Positions 26,518-37,742 are shown, numbered from the stretch's first letter. The stretch: 64,000 bases of DNA from Clostridiales bacterium (GCA_022791685.1 JAAVZO010000027.1:8473-72472), one strand, 5' to 3'. Translations and numbers: made by a program. Notes: generated from the letters alone by a model not told the origin.

Positions 26518-27431
26518 TGAATACATTTGAATCCGTTCGTTCTTTTGTATATCGCAATGCACGTCCGCTCGACCTTGCAAGATGGCAGTATCACTTTGAA
26601 AACGGGAGTCAGGCGGCTGTTATAAATGCGTTGAAATACTATCAAAATGCTGATGGTGGATTTGGTCACGCAATAGAACCGGATTGCTGGAATGTCAATT
26701 CGTCTCCTATCGCTACATGGATGGCGACTTGTATTCTGCGTGAAGTTGGCGTGGCTGAAGGCGATATTATTGATGGCATACTTCGTTATCTTGAAAGCGG
26801 CGCTGATTTCGATGAGGCGCAAAATCAATGGCTGAATAGTGTTCCAAGCAATAATGATTACCCACACGCCGTATGGTGGGGATACAGTGAGGGCGGCGAG
26901 CTTATGTATAATCCAACTGCGTCGCTTGCTGGATTTATAATCAGATTTGCGGACAAATCGAGTGCGCTCTATAAAAAGGGCAGCGAAATTGCGTGTGAGG
27001 CGTATAAATTTTTCGAAAAAAGCGTGCCGTTCGGAGAGCAGCATATCACCGCTTGCTTTATAGAATTGTACGATTATTGTCGTGAAGCTGGCGTTGAACT
27101 TTTCGACATGGAGCGATTCAAGGAATTGCTAATAACGCAGGTGCACAATAATATCTGTCAGGATACGGCGAAGTGGGCGGTTGAATATGTCGCGCGTCCG
27201 ATTGAGTTTTTCAATACCCGCGACAGTATATTCTATCCTGATAATCGCGACATTGCTGAATATCAGTGTGAATTTATTGTAAGCTCTCAGCTTCCTGATG
27301 GAAGTTATCCGGTTACTTGGAGTTGGTGGAACGATTATAAGGAATTTGAGATATCAGCTAACTGGTGGCGCGTAAGCTTTGCCATTAACAATATATTATA
27401 TCTGAAAAATTTCGGGAAATTATTAAGTTAA
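26517..27431 (+). CDS. Hypothetical protein, possibly an alpha/alpha-toroid (prenyltransferase/terpene-cyclase-like) repeat fold
   Basis: The ATG overlaps the upstream TGA. Repeated Q-x-x-DGGF/PDGSY-type motifs (YQNADGGFG, SQLPDGSYP) are present. No firm family call. Confidence 0.45.
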   Translation: MNTFESVRSFVYRNARPLDLARWQYHFENGSQAAVINALKYYQNADGGFGHAIEPDCWNVNSSPIATWMATCILREVGVAEGDIIDGILRYLESGADFDEAQNQWLNSVPSNNDYPHAVWWGYSEGGELMYNPTASLAGFIIRFADKSSALYKKGSEIACEAYKFFEKSVPFGEQHITACFIELYDYCREAGVELFDMERFKELLITQVHNNICQDTAKWAVEYVARPIEFFNTRDSIFYPDNRDIAEYQCEFIVSSQLPDGSYPVTWSWWNDYKEFEISANWWRVSFAINNILYLKNFGKLLS

Positions 27432-27435
27432 TAAA

Positions 27436-27476
27436 GTGAAAGTGGAAAACTCATAACGAGTTTTCCACTTTTTGTG
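27436..27476. terminator. Bidirectional terminator between convergent units
   Basis: AAGTGGAAAACTC (27440-27452) pairs with GAGTTTTCCACTT (27458-27470). TTTGTGGTTT follows. Confidence 0.75.
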
Positions 27477-27482
27477 GTTTAA

Positions 27483-28244
27483 TTATATTTCCACGCTCTC
27501 GCATACCTTCAAGAGCTTCAGAGGTGCGCTGAATTTCTTTGCGGAGTATTCTATCCAATCGTTCGGGCAGCCGTTTGTATCGTAAAGGTCGTGATGTCCC
27601 GGGATGAATATTTTCGTTCCGCATTTAGCTGCAAGCTCAGCAGCTTCATTTGAATCGAGGTTGCCGATGATATTGCGCGAGGTGCGGAACCAATCGCGTC
27701 CATTTACCGGAAGCAGCATTGCGTCAAGCTTTGCGGCTGCAAGGGGTTCAAGCAGACCATCATACATACTCATATCGCCGCCGAAGAATATCTTCTTTCC
27801 TTCAGCTTCTATGATGTAGGACAGCTCGCGGAAGTCGCCAGATTCATCTTGGTGCAGCTCAGTGTGAGCGCAGGGAATCGCAATGATCTTTACTCCGGCA
27901 AGTTCGAACGGCTCGCCCCATGCAGCTGGAGCAGGCGCGTGCATTTCGGTAGGAGCGCCGTAGATGGAGCGTATCTCAGCTGCACTCGGCGCAGGTACGA
28001 GCGTAAAGCTGCGGCGGCGCAGGCGATAGAAGGGCTCGAGCGATTTCTTGTCGAGGTGGTCGCCGTGCGGGTGCGAGATTACGATGACATCGGGCATAAG
28101 CTCACATAATGTAGTCGGCGCGGGATAATTTCGCTTGCTTGTAGGTGAATCGACAGAATCGGACAGGTATGGGTCGGTTACTATTGACAGCGTGTCGGTC
28201 TCGATATGGAAGCACATCTGACCGAGATATGTTATTTTTACCAT
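27483..28244 (-). CDS. MBL-fold metallo-hydrolase
   Basis: HPHGDHLD motif. Preferred start is ATG 28244 after AAAGGA, 13 nt downstream of the preceding stop. Confidence 0.8.
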   Translation of the reverse strand: MVKITYLGQMCFHIETDTLSIVTDPYLSDSVDSPTSKRNYPAPTTLCELMPDVIVISHPHGDHLDKKSLEPFYRLRRRSFTLVPAPSAAEIRSIYGAPTEMHAPAPAAWGEPFELAGVKIIAIPCAHTELHQDESGDFRELSYIIEAEGKKIFFGGDMSMYDGLLEPLAAAKLDAMLLPVNGRDWFRTSRNIIGNLDSNEAAELAAKCGTKIFIPGHHDLYDTNGCPNDWIEYSAKKFSAPLKLLKVCESVEI

Positions 28245-28257
28245 TTTATAATTCCTT

Positions 28258-29622
28258 TCAAAACAGCATATTTTCGATATACAGTTCGCAGAAGCGGTCG
28301 TTATCGTCAAGCGATATGGTTTCAGCTTGCACAGCTAACTGCTCGCATATTTTACGGGAAGCCGGCTCAAGCAGCTTAACCGCACCGGACAATGCAGAGT
28401 TTCCGAGTATTTCGACCTTTCCGCAATTATTAGGTATAAGTCCTATCCGACGGCAGGAATTGAGGTCGAGGTGACTTCCGAAGTTTCCGGCAATACAAAA
28501 TCGGTCCGGAATGACTCCATCGAGCAGTGTGTCGATTCCGGCGCGTATCGCACTTTTCGCGAGCTGCAATTTGCGGATATCCTCAGGTGTAACATACACG
28601 CCGTTTGCGAGCTCAATCGGTTCGGCGAGGTATCCGCTTTCGTCGACGATTCCCGCGTCGAGCAGTGCCGCCGCCGCTGAAATAAACCCACTTCCGCATA
28701 TGCCGATTGCCGGCTTATCATCAATGGTCGAACATATCAGCCGTTCGCCGTCAAAATGAACGCGATTTATCGCCCCGGGCTTTGCCTGCATACCGGCGGA
28801 TATCTCAGCGCCTTCGAGCGCCGGTCCGGCGGCAGTTGAAGCGCAGATAATGCGATTATCCTTGATCAGCGCCATTTCGCCGTTCGTTCCTATGTCGACG
28901 ATGAAGCAGCTTTCGTCCGATTTAGGTTCAGCACCGATGATCGCGCAGGTGGTGTCAGCGCCTATGAAGGCTGAAATGCAGCTTGGCAGATATACTTCTC
29001 CGGCATTTATCAGTCCGCGGACAGTCTCGCCGAAGCGGCTGACCGGAGTAAACGGAAATGTTGCCATACCTGATACGTCGAGTCCGGCGAAAAAATGCAG
29101 CATGACGGTGTTGCCGGTCACTACGACCGTCTCAGATTGAGTCGATGAAAGCTCGGCAAGCAGCTGATTTACCGCGGCTCGCAGCTCATTTGTCAGCTCG
29201 TGCGAGTGTTCCGCGGCAGCTTCAATACGTGTTATCACATCCGCGCCGAATCGCCGCTGTGGATTCAGCATTGAAGCCGACGAAATAACATTACCGCTGT
29301 CGTCGCAGAGTACGGCTTCGATGGTCGTAGTTCCGATGTCTACGGCGGCATATTTGCCAGATATGGCGGACGCGATAGTTTTGCTGGTGTTATCAGCTAT
29401 TTCGACGCTGACATCTCCGCCGCAGTAGATATGACAGGCGAGCACGCTCTTCCAATTTTGAAGCGTTGATGGTACGTTTGGATCATCCGACAACGCGCCC
29501 GACGCATTTATCCGGCATTTACCGCATTTGCCGTGACCGCCGCAGGGAAGCTCGAGCGGATAACCTTCATCTGCAAGAGCTTCGGCGAGTGTAACGCCAG
29601 TTCGATTAAATTTAATTATCAT
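28258..29622 (-). CDS. [2Fe-2S] ferredoxin domain fused to an ASKHA (DUF4445) ATPase, RACo-like corrinoid reductive-activase family
   Basis: N-terminal C-x5-C-x2-C...C (CGGHGKCGKC...LACH). Actin-like ATPase motifs DIGTTT, DIGTNGE and GICGSG. At 454 aa it is shorter than typical RACo. Confidence 0.7.
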   Translation of the reverse strand: MIIKFNRTGVTLAEALADEGYPLELPCGGHGKCGKCRINASGALSDDPNVPSTLQNWKSVLACHIYCGGDVSVEIADNTSKTIASAISGKYAAVDIGTTTIEAVLCDDSGNVISSASMLNPQRRFGADVITRIEAAAEHSHELTNELRAAVNQLLAELSSTQSETVVVTGNTVMLHFFAGLDVSGMATFPFTPVSRFGETVRGLINAGEVYLPSCISAFIGADTTCAIIGAEPKSDESCFIVDIGTNGEMALIKDNRIICASTAAGPALEGAEISAGMQAKPGAINRVHFDGERLICSTIDDKPAIGICGSGFISAAAALLDAGIVDESGYLAEPIELANGVYVTPEDIRKLQLAKSAIRAGIDTLLDGVIPDRFCIAGNFGSHLDLNSCRRIGLIPNNCGKVEILGNSALSGAVKLLEPASRKICEQLAVQAETISLDDNDRFCELYIENMLF

Positions 29623-29673
29623 AGTTATTAAACCACAAGCGCAGTTGGTTGGACTGCGCTTGTTTTGTTGACA

Positions 29674-30894
29674 TTATTCGTATTTTCCGGACGAAACGAG
29701 ACCTTCGATGAACTGTTTTGCCAGTCTTGCCGAGCGTCCACCACGTTCGAGTGCAAAGCGTTCAGCGAGCAGTTCGAGCTCGGAGTCGTCGATCTTCACG
29801 CCGTTTTCATCAGCCAAATGACGCACGATATGCAGATACGTCTTTTTATCCGGCTTCTGGAAGCTGACATGGATTCCGAAGCGTTCGGAAAGCGATATGA
29901 TCTCCTGCATGGTGTCGTTGCGGTGGATATCATCGCCTTCACGGTCGGAGAATTTCTCCTTGATGATGTGTCTGCGGTTGCTCGTCGCGTAGATAACTAC
30001 GTTTCTCGACTTCGCGGAGACCGAACCTTCGAGTACTGCCTTCAATGCGTTGAAGTTGTCATCGTCCTTCTGGAACGAAAGGTCGTCTATGAAGAGTATG
30101 AATTTCAGCGGATTGAGTGCGAGTTCGTCGAGTATCTGCGGGATCACGCAAAGCTGATCCTTGCGTACTTCGATTATACGCAGTCCTTCATCATAAAGTT
30201 CGTTCACTACTGCCTTTATTGTCGACGATTTGCCGGTTCCAGCATCACCTGTGAGCAATACGTTTGCTGCCGGCTTTCCGTCGAGCAGCGCTTTCGTATT
30301 GTCGATAATAACTTTGCGCTCGAGCTCGTAGTCGACCAGCGAAGCAAGTGTCGTGCTATCGGGATTTTTGACTGGAACGATGTGATTCTGCGCGTTGATA
30401 AAGAACATACGATTGCGTGCGTATGTGCCGTAGCCGTATTTGCCGATATTGGCGGTGCGGTGTTTGTAACCTTCGACGATATCGACGTTTCCGGAGTCGA
30501 ATTCCGGCAGATATCCGTCCCAACCGATATATCCGCGCAGCTTGTCTGAGTTGAGGTCGGCTGTTGCCTGTAATATATGCAGCTCGTGTTCGACACAGCG
30601 TTTCTGCTGCTCAGACGAGGTTCTGCCGCTTCCGATAAGGCGAACGTAGATATTTTCATCGTTTTCGCAGATATCCTTTATATACTCGCCAAGACTTGCT
30701 GCGTTGCTGGTATAAAGCTGCGAAACGAATTCTGCGTATGCGTTGATGGCAGATTCGAGCGAAAATTCGTTGTTTGATTCAGCTTTGTCAAGGCAATAGC
30801 ATAATGCGTTTACTACTGGGTCAGAAAGCAGCGAACGAAAGATAGTAAGCGATTTCAGACCGATTCTAAGGTTAGAAAGTTCAGAGAGTGCCAT
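29674..30894 (-). CDS. DUF815-type AAA+/P-loop ATPase
   Basis: Walker A GDAGTGKSS and Walker B FILFIDDLSF. 406 aa. The ATG lies 1 nt after the ilvD TAA. Confidence 0.7.
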   Translation of the reverse strand: MALSELSNLRIGLKSLTIFRSLLSDPVVNALCYCLDKAESNNEFSLESAINAYAEFVSQLYTSNAASLGEYIKDICENDENIYVRLIGSGRTSSEQQKRCVEHELHILQATADLNSDKLRGYIGWDGYLPEFDSGNVDIVEGYKHRTANIGKYGYGTYARNRMFFINAQNHIVPVKNPDSTTLASLVDYELERKVIIDNTKALLDGKPAANVLLTGDAGTGKSSTIKAVVNELYDEGLRIIEVRKDQLCVIPQILDELALNPLKFILFIDDLSFQKDDDNFNALKAVLEGSVSAKSRNVVIYATSNRRHIIKEKFSDREGDDIHRNDTMQEIISLSERFGIHVSFQKPDKKTYLHIVRHLADENGVKIDDSELELLAERFALERGGRSARLAKQFIEGLVSSGKYE

Positions 30895-30895
30895 T

Positions 30896-32551
30896 TTAGT
30901 TTAGAATAGCCCCCGATGCGCCGCCGGATACGAGTGCAGCATAGCGTTTGAGGTAGCCGGAGAGCTCCTTCTGCTTCGGAACGAAATTCTTCATGCGTTC
31001 ATCGAGTTCAGCAGCGTCGACCTTTAATTCTATTTTATTTTCAGGAATATTGATACTGATGATATCGCCTTCCTTGACTACGCCTATCATTCCGCCGCTC
31101 GCTGCTTCGGGAGTGATATGTCCGACACAAGCGCCGCGTGTAGCGCCGCTGAAACGTCCGTCAGTAATGAGTGCGACGCTGTTTCCGAGTCCCATACCCA
31201 TGATAGCAGAGGTAGGATTGAGCATTTCGCGCATACCCGGACCGCCCTTAGGACCTTCATAGCGGATAACGATAACGTCGCCGGGATTGATTTTTCCGGC
31301 GTTGATAGCAGCCTGAGCGTCCTCTTCACATTCGAATACTCTTGCCGGACCTTCGTGAACAAGCATTTCTGGAGCGACAGCTGAACGCTTTACAACGCTT
31401 CCTTCTGGAGCTAGATTGCCGCGGAGCACTGCGATACCACCAGTTTCACTGTATGGATTCTCGATCGGACGGATAACGTCAGGATTGCGGTTTACGCAGC
31501 CTGCGATGTTTTCTCCGACGGTCTTAGTGGTTACGGTCATGCAGTCAGTATTGATGAGTCCGCGCTTGTTGAGCTCGTTCATAACGGCATAAACACCGCC
31601 TGCTTCGTCGAGTTCTTCGATATATGTGCGTCCTGCTGGTGCGAGATGGCAGAGATTCGGGGTCTTCGAGCTGATGTCGTTTGCGATATCGAGGTTTATT
31701 TCTATACCGCACTCGTGAGCGATTGCGGGGAGATGAAGCATACTGTTAGTCGAGCAGCCAAGCGCCATGTCGACGGTGAGCGCGTTCATTATTGCGTCCT
31801 TAGTCATGATATCGCACGGGCGAATGTTCTTTTTAACGAGCTCCATTACAGCCATACCAGCGTGCTTTGCAAGCTCGATACGTGCAGAATATACAGCGGG
31901 GATAGTACCGTTGCCCTTGAGTCCCATTCCGAGCGCTTCAGTAAGGCAGTTCATCGAGTTAGCGGTGTACATACCCGAGCAAGAGCCGCAGGTCGGGCAG
32001 GTCTTGCACTCGTATTCATGCAGTTCAGCTTCGTCCATCTTTCCAGCGTTGTACTTACCGACAGCTTCGGAGATGGTGGAGAAGCTTGTCTTAGCGCCGT
32101 GTACGTGTCCGGCGAGCATAGGACCGCCGCTGACGAATACTGTAGGAATGTTGAGGCGAGCAGCTGCCATCAGAAGTCCGGGGACGTTCTTGTCGCAATT
32201 AGGCACCATAACGAGTGCGTCGAAACCGTGAGCCATAGCCATAGCTTCGGTCGAGTCGGCGATAAGGTCGCGGGTAACGAGCGAATACTTCATACCGACG
32301 TGACCCATAGCGATGCCGTCGCAGACAGCGATAGCCGGGAAAACTATAGGTGTACCGCCAGCCATAGCTACTCCGATACGAACAGCTTCGACGATCTTGT
32401 CGATATTCATATGACCAGGCACGATCTCGTTGTACGAGCTAACTATACCAACGAGCGGGCGGCTTACTTCTTCATCTGTAAGACCGAGCGCATGATAGAG
32501 CGCACGGTGCGGCGCGTTCTGCGCGCCATTCTTTATTGCATCACTTTTCAT
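30896..32551 (-). CDS. ilvD: Dihydroxy-acid dehydratase
   Basis: [23 protein letters not shown] and GHITPEA motifs are present. Preferred start is ATG 32551 after AAAGGAG, so the track's 31-codon extension is not used. Confidence 0.95.
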   Translation of the reverse strand: MKSDAIKNGAQNAPHRALYHALGLTDEEVSRPLVGIVSSYNEIVPGHMNIDKIVEAVRIGVAMAGGTPIVFPAIAVCDGIAMGHVGMKYSLVTRDLIADSTEAMAMAHGFDALVMVPNCDKNVPGLLMAAARLNIPTVFVSGGPMLAGHVHGAKTSFSTISEAVGKYNAGKMDEAELHEYECKTCPTCGSCSGMYTANSMNCLTEALGMGLKGNGTIPAVYSARIELAKHAGMAVMELVKKNIRPCDIMTKDAIMNALTVDMALGCSTNSMLHLPAIAHECGIEINLDIANDISSKTPNLCHLAPAGRTYIEELDEAGGVYAVMNELNKRGLINTDCMTVTTKTVGENIAGCVNRNPDVIRPIENPYSETGGIAVLRGNLAPEGSVVKRSAVAPEMLVHEGPARVFECEEDAQAAINAGKINPGDVIVIRYEGPKGGPGMREMLNPTSAIMGMGLGNSVALITDGRFSGATRGACVGHITPEAASGGMIGVVKEGDIISINIPENKIELKVDAAELDERMKNFVPKQKELSGYLKRYAALVSGGASGAILN

Positions 32552-32830
32552 GTGTGTACTCCTTTTGAAGGTTGCGGGATGTGCTTGTTTAAAGGGGACG
32601 CGCGGCTTGTCTTGAACGTCCTCCTTCGGAGGACGTAAAGCCATGGCAAAGAACTTTTATAAGCTATCGCAAGTTATGCGCGTTCGCCCATGCAGCATAG
32701 CTGAACCGTTTATTTAGCGGGGCGAACACTATATCAGCATTTGTTAGAGCTATAGAGGTGCGTTCGACTTCATGGGTCCTCTCCATTACGTCGAACTACT
32801 TTCTGCGATTTGTTTGATTTTTAATAGTTC
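32552..32830 (-). promoter_or_regulatory. Structured leader of unknown class upstream of ilvD
   Basis: Three hairpins are present: H1 32762-32796, H2 32682-32727 and H3 32616-32636. An anti-SD-like CCCCTTT segment is also present. No T-box GGTGGTACC motif was seen. Confidence 0.35.
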
Positions 32831-32876
32831 TTTTTTAAACAAAATTGAGGCATGGCGGTTTGCTGCCATGCCTCAG
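32831..32876 (-). terminator. Intrinsic terminator after ilvC
   Basis: Minus strand reads TGAGGCATGGC...GCCATGCCTCA (32875-32846), followed by AATTTTGTTT. Confidence 0.75.
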
Positions 32877-32921
32877 TCCCGCAATTAAGCTTTTTCTTAT
32901 TGAGGGTTAACAAATCACTTA

Positions 32922-33956
<1,035 letters not shown>

Positions 33957-33964
33957 TTAAAAAA

Positions 33965-34471
33965 TTATAAGTTTGTATCTTTGATTATGGTCGAATCGCC
34001 CTTTTCAAGCGATACGATACCGGTACGGCAGATTTCAAGTATCGGATAATCGCGCATAAGATTGATAAAATCGTCGATTTTCCGACTATCGCCGGTAACC
34101 TGAAAAATTATAGTGCTGCGTGTGTAGTCTATAGTTTTAGCTTCGAAAGCGTCCGCAGCAGCACGAATATCATTTCTGATATTCGCGTCGTTCTGCATTT
34201 TTATCAGCAGAACCTCGCAGCTTACTGAATTTTCGTTTGTCAGCTCTTTTATCGAGCAAACATCAGGAAGCTTGTACAGCTGATTTACCAGCTGCTGTTT
34301 CATTTGTTCCTCGCCCTCGAACATCACGGTAATACGCGAATAATCGTTCGATTCGGTCTCGCTAACGGTCAAAGTGCTGATGTTGAATTGTCTGCGGCGG
34401 AACATACTTGTCACACGGTTGAGTACACCGGAGTGATTGCGTACCAGAACGGCTATAGTGTATCTGTTCAT
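33965..34471 (-). CDS. ilvN: Acetolactate synthase small (regulatory) subunit
   Basis: ACT-domain start MNRYTIAVLVRNHSGVLNRV. The ATG at 34471 lies 1 nt after the ilvB TGA. Confidence 0.9.
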   Translation of the reverse strand: MNRYTIAVLVRNHSGVLNRVTSMFRRRQFNISTLTVSETESNDYSRITVMFEGEEQMKQQLVNQLYKLPDVCSIKELTNENSVSCEVLLIKMQNDANIRNDIRAAADAFEAKTIDYTRSTIIFQVTGDSRKIDDFINLMRDYPILEICRTGIVSLEKGDSTIIKDTNL

Positions 34472-34472
34472 C

Positions 34473-36140
34473 TCAATCACCAACCTTTATGATAATATCG
34501 TCCATCGAGCCGCCCGGAGGAAGCATAGGAAGTACGAACTCATCCTTATCGATAGCGCATTCAACGATGTACGTACCGTTATATGCAAATGCTCTTGTAA
34601 GCGCTGCGTCGAGCTCGTCGGGAGTCGATACCTTCTCGCCGTCCGCACCGAACGCTTTTGCAAGTGCGATGAAGTCAGTCTTGCGGTCGAGTATGGTGTT
34701 TGAATAATGCTTGTCGAAGAAGAGTGTCTGCCATTGACGAACCATTCCGAGTACGCCATTGTTGAGCAGCAGAATGACCAGCGGAACATTGTTGGTAACA
34801 GATGTTGCGAGTTCGTTTAAGCACATACCGAAGCTTCCATCGCCGGTTACAAGAACCGAACGCTCTCCGGTCGCAAATGCCGCGCCGATTGCAGCGCCCA
34901 TACCGAATCCCATCGTTCCAAGTCCGCCGCTCGATATGAATCTGCGGGTATTCTTGAACGCGAGATTCTGTGCAGCCCACATCTGGTGCTGTCCGACATC
35001 GGTTGCTACTGGTGTGTTTTCATTCAAGTGCTTATTCAGCGTGAGAATAGCGTTGCGCGGGGTCATGCCTTCACGGTTATCGAGGTAGTCGTGTTCTTCG
35101 GCTTTGAACTGGCTGACCTTAGCCTGCCATTCGGTATGCTTAGTCTCGTTTATTAGCGGGAGCAGCTTTTCGAGTGTCAGCTTGATGTCGGCTCTGAGTC
35201 CGTGAGTCGCAGTCGCGGTTTTCGAAAGCTCTGAGCCGTCGATATCGATGTGAACAATTTTCGCCTTAGTTGCGAATTTCGAGAGTTTTCCAGTAACTCG
35301 GTCATTAAATCTTACGCCGAGCGCGATTATGCAGTCTGCATTGTGCATCGACATCGAGCAAGCGTAGTGACCGTGCATACCCTGCATTCCGAGGAAACGA
35401 GGATGGTCGGTCGGAATACCTGAAACGCCCATCAATGAGCAGCCGATAGGTGCGTCGATCTTTTCCGCGAGTGCGAGCATTTCCTGCTGTGCTTCGCTGG
35501 AGATCACGCCGCCGCCGTAGTAAATGAACGGCTTTTCTGCTGAATTGATACATTCAGCCGCTTGCTGGATACGGATATCCTTTGCAGCGAACTTTTCAAT
35601 AGGAGTTACTGCCGGCTTCGGGGTATACTCGCACTGTGCTATTTGAATATCCTTTGGGATATCTACAAGCACCGGACCGGGGCGACCCGACATCGCAAGC
35701 TGGAATGCTTCACGCAAAGTATCAGCTAACTGCTCGACCGAGCCTATGAAATAGTTGTGTTTTGTTATAGGAAGCGTGATACCGGTTATGTCTATCTCTT
35801 GGAAGCTATCCGAACCTATCTGAGAGGTCGGAACGTTTCCGGTGATCGCGATAAGCGGTACTGAATCGAGATATGCGGTAGCGATACCGGTTACGAGGTT
35901 AGTTGCACCTGGACCGGAGGTTGAAATAACAACTCCGGGCTTGCCGCTGGCTCTTGCATATCCGTCCGCCGCATGAGCAGCGCCCTGCTCATGTGCGGTC
36001 AAAATGTGGTGTATTTTGTCTTGATACTTGTACAGGGAGTCGTAGACATTGATTATCTGACCTCCGGGGTATCCGAATACGACATCGCAGCCCTGTTCAA
36101 TCAATACATTTACAATTATATCTGAACCTGACAAACGCAT
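34473..36140 (-). CDS. ilvB: Acetolactate synthase large subunit
   Basis: ThDP enzyme motifs GYPGG and GLGTMGFGMGAAIGA...GDGSF. 555 aa. Confidence 0.95.
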   Translation of the reverse strand: MRLSGSDIIVNVLIEQGCDVVFGYPGGQIINVYDSLYKYQDKIHHILTAHEQGAAHAADGYARASGKPGVVISTSGPGATNLVTGIATAYLDSVPLIAITGNVPTSQIGSDSFQEIDITGITLPITKHNYFIGSVEQLADTLREAFQLAMSGRPGPVLVDIPKDIQIAQCEYTPKPAVTPIEKFAAKDIRIQQAAECINSAEKPFIYYGGGVISSEAQQEMLALAEKIDAPIGCSLMGVSGIPTDHPRFLGMQGMHGHYACSMSMHNADCIIALGVRFNDRVTGKLSKFATKAKIVHIDIDGSELSKTATATHGLRADIKLTLEKLLPLINETKHTEWQAKVSQFKAEEHDYLDNREGMTPRNAILTLNKHLNENTPVATDVGQHQMWAAQNLAFKNTRRFISSGGLGTMGFGMGAAIGAAFATGERSVLVTGDGSFGMCLNELATSVTNNVPLVILLLNNGVLGMVRQWQTLFFDKHYSNTILDRKTDFIALAKAFGADGEKVSTPDELDAALTRAFAYNGTYIVECAIDKDEFVLPMLPPGGSMDDIIIKVGD

Positions 36141-36146
36141 TTATTT

Positions 36147-37244
36147 TTATCCTTTTCTGAGATGTTCGATTATTAACTTGCCCATCTCTGTACAGCCGAC
36201 CTTCTTGCATACAGCAGCTTCGGTTGGGTCGGACGGCATTATATCTGCACTGCGGTAGCCATCGTCGAGTACTGCTGAGATTGCATTTTCGATGCAGTCA
36301 GCTTCGTCAGCCATATCGAAGCTGTAGCGCAGCATCATTGCAGCCGAAAGTATTGTTCCTATCGGGTTTGCTACATCCATTCCGGCGATATCCGGTGCAG
36401 AACCGTGAATAGGCTCATATAGTCCGCACGAGGTCTTGCCAAGGCTTGAAGATGGGATCATGCCGATAGAGCCGGTGATCATCGATGCTTCATCCGACAG
36501 AATGTCGCCGAACATATTCTCGGTGACGATCACGTCGAACTGAGCGGGGTTCTTTACGATCTGCATTGCACAGTTGTCGACGAGCATATCTGTGAGTTCG
36601 ACATCCGGGTATTCAGCAGCGAGACGGTGCATAACGGCTTTCCAGAGACGGCTCGAATCAAGCACGTTGCTTTTTTCGACCGAGCAAAGCTGCTTTCTGC
36701 GCTTTCTTGCAGTCTCAAAGCCGATTCTGCCGATACGTTCGATTTCCTCTTCGCTGTACGCGAGAATATCAGTAGCGACCTTCTGACCGTCGATCTCGTC
36801 GGTCTTGTGCTCGCCAAAGTAGATTCCGCCGATGAGCTCGCGGACGATTATGAAGTCAATTCCTTTGTCGACGATGCTCTGCTTCAGCGGGGAAGCGCTC
36901 GCGAGCTGCTTCCATATTTTTGCCGGACGATTGTTACTGTATACGCCCATTCCGACACGCAGACGCAGCAGACCCTTTTCGGGACGCATAGGTCCTGGAA
37001 CGTCGTTCCATTTATTTCCGCCGACTGCACCGAGCAGCACGCTGTCGGACGCAAGGCACTTGTCGAGCATAGCCTGAGGCAGCGGGTCTCCCCATTTGTC
37101 GATAGCGCATCCGCCCATGTCAACATCGTCATAAGTGAAGGTATGTCCGTACATATCTGCAACTGCATTGAGAACGAGCAGCGCCTGATTTACGATTTCC
37201 GGACCGATTCCGTCGCCGCGGATAACGGCAATATTCTTATTCAT
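36147..37244 (-). CDS. leuB: 3-isopropylmalate dehydrogenase
   Basis: GDGIGPE and [10 protein letters not shown] motifs. Preferred start is the third ATG (37244), 8 nt after GGAGG. It overlaps the leuD end. Confidence 0.95.
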   Translation of the reverse strand: MNKNIAVIRGDGIGPEIVNQALLVLNAVADMYGHTFTYDDVDMGGCAIDKWGDPLPQAMLDKCLASDSVLLGAVGGNKWNDVPGPMRPEKGLLRLRVGMGVYSNNRPAKIWKQLASASPLKQSIVDKGIDFIIVRELIGGIYFGEHKTDEIDGQKVATDILAYSEEEIERIGRIGFETARKRRKQLCSVEKSNVLDSSRLWKAVMHRLAAEYPDVELTDMLVDNCAMQIVKNPAQFDVIVTENMFGDILSDEASMITGSIGMIPSSSLGKTSCGLYEPIHGSAPDIAGMDVANPIGTILSAAMMLRYSFDMADEADCIENAISAVLDDGYRSADIMPSDPTEAAVCKKVGCTEMGKLIIEHLRKG

Positions 37245-37740
37245 TTGCATTGCCTCCATTTAATTTAAGCGAAGCAAGCAGACCGCCGTTTTTGATTATA
37301 TTCTGGATGAATTCCGGGAAGGGCTGTGCCTGATAAGTCTTTCCGGTGGTAATGTCGGTAATTACGCCAGTATCGAAATCGACCGAAACTTCATCGTTCG
37401 CAGAGATTTCATCTACAGCTTCTGGGCATTCAAGAATCGGCAGACCGATATTGATAGCGTTGCGGTAGAATATACGTGCGAAGCTCTTCGCGATTACGCA
37501 GCCAGTGCCGCAGGTTTTGATGACCAGCGGAGCGTGCTCACGCGACGAGCCGCAGCCGAAGTTCCAGCCGGCAACCATGATGTCGCCTTTTTTTACTTCC
37601 TTAACGAAGTTGGTATCAATGTCCTCCATGCAGTGCAGAGCAAGCTCAGCGGCGTTTGGAGTGTTAAGATAACGTGCGGGGATGATAACGTCGGTGTCGA
37701 CGTTGTCGTTATATTTGAAAACACGACCTTGAGTGTTCAT
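37237..37740 (-). CDS. leuD: 3-isopropylmalate dehydratase small subunit
   Basis: 167 aa with [13 protein letters not shown]. Confidence 0.9.
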   Translation of the reverse strand: MNTQGRVFKYNDNVDTDVIIPARYLNTPNAAELALHCMEDIDTNFVKEVKKGDIMVAGWNFGCGSSREHAPLVIKTCGTGCVIAKSFARIFYRNAINIGLPILECPEAVDEISANDEVSVDFDTGVITDITTGKTYQAQPFPEFIQNIIKNGGLLASLKLNGGNANE

Positions 37741-37742
37741 GG

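Noticed and set aside
32552-32644. A 31-codon N-terminal extension of ilvD starting at ATG 32644
   Set aside because: There is no SD before 32644. A strong AAAGGAG precedes ATG 32551, which gives the canonical MKSDAIKNG.. N-terminus. The extension runs through the H3 hairpin.
32643-32717. A plus-strand 24-codon sORF ([24 protein letters not shown]) 9 nt after GGAGGA
   Set aside because: The apparent SD is just the mirror arm of the perfect H3 palindrome. There is no promoter on this strand, and the ORF is antisense to the ilvD leader. It is most likely coincidental.
32616-32800. A glycine riboswitch-like reading of GGAGAG...CACC...CCGAAGGAGGA in the ilvD leader
   Set aside because: The CCGAAGGAGG piece is simply the loop and arm of a perfect hairpin. 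The conserved CACCGAAGGGGCAA and CTCAGGCAAAAGGAC elements are absent. The context (ilvD) also does not fit.
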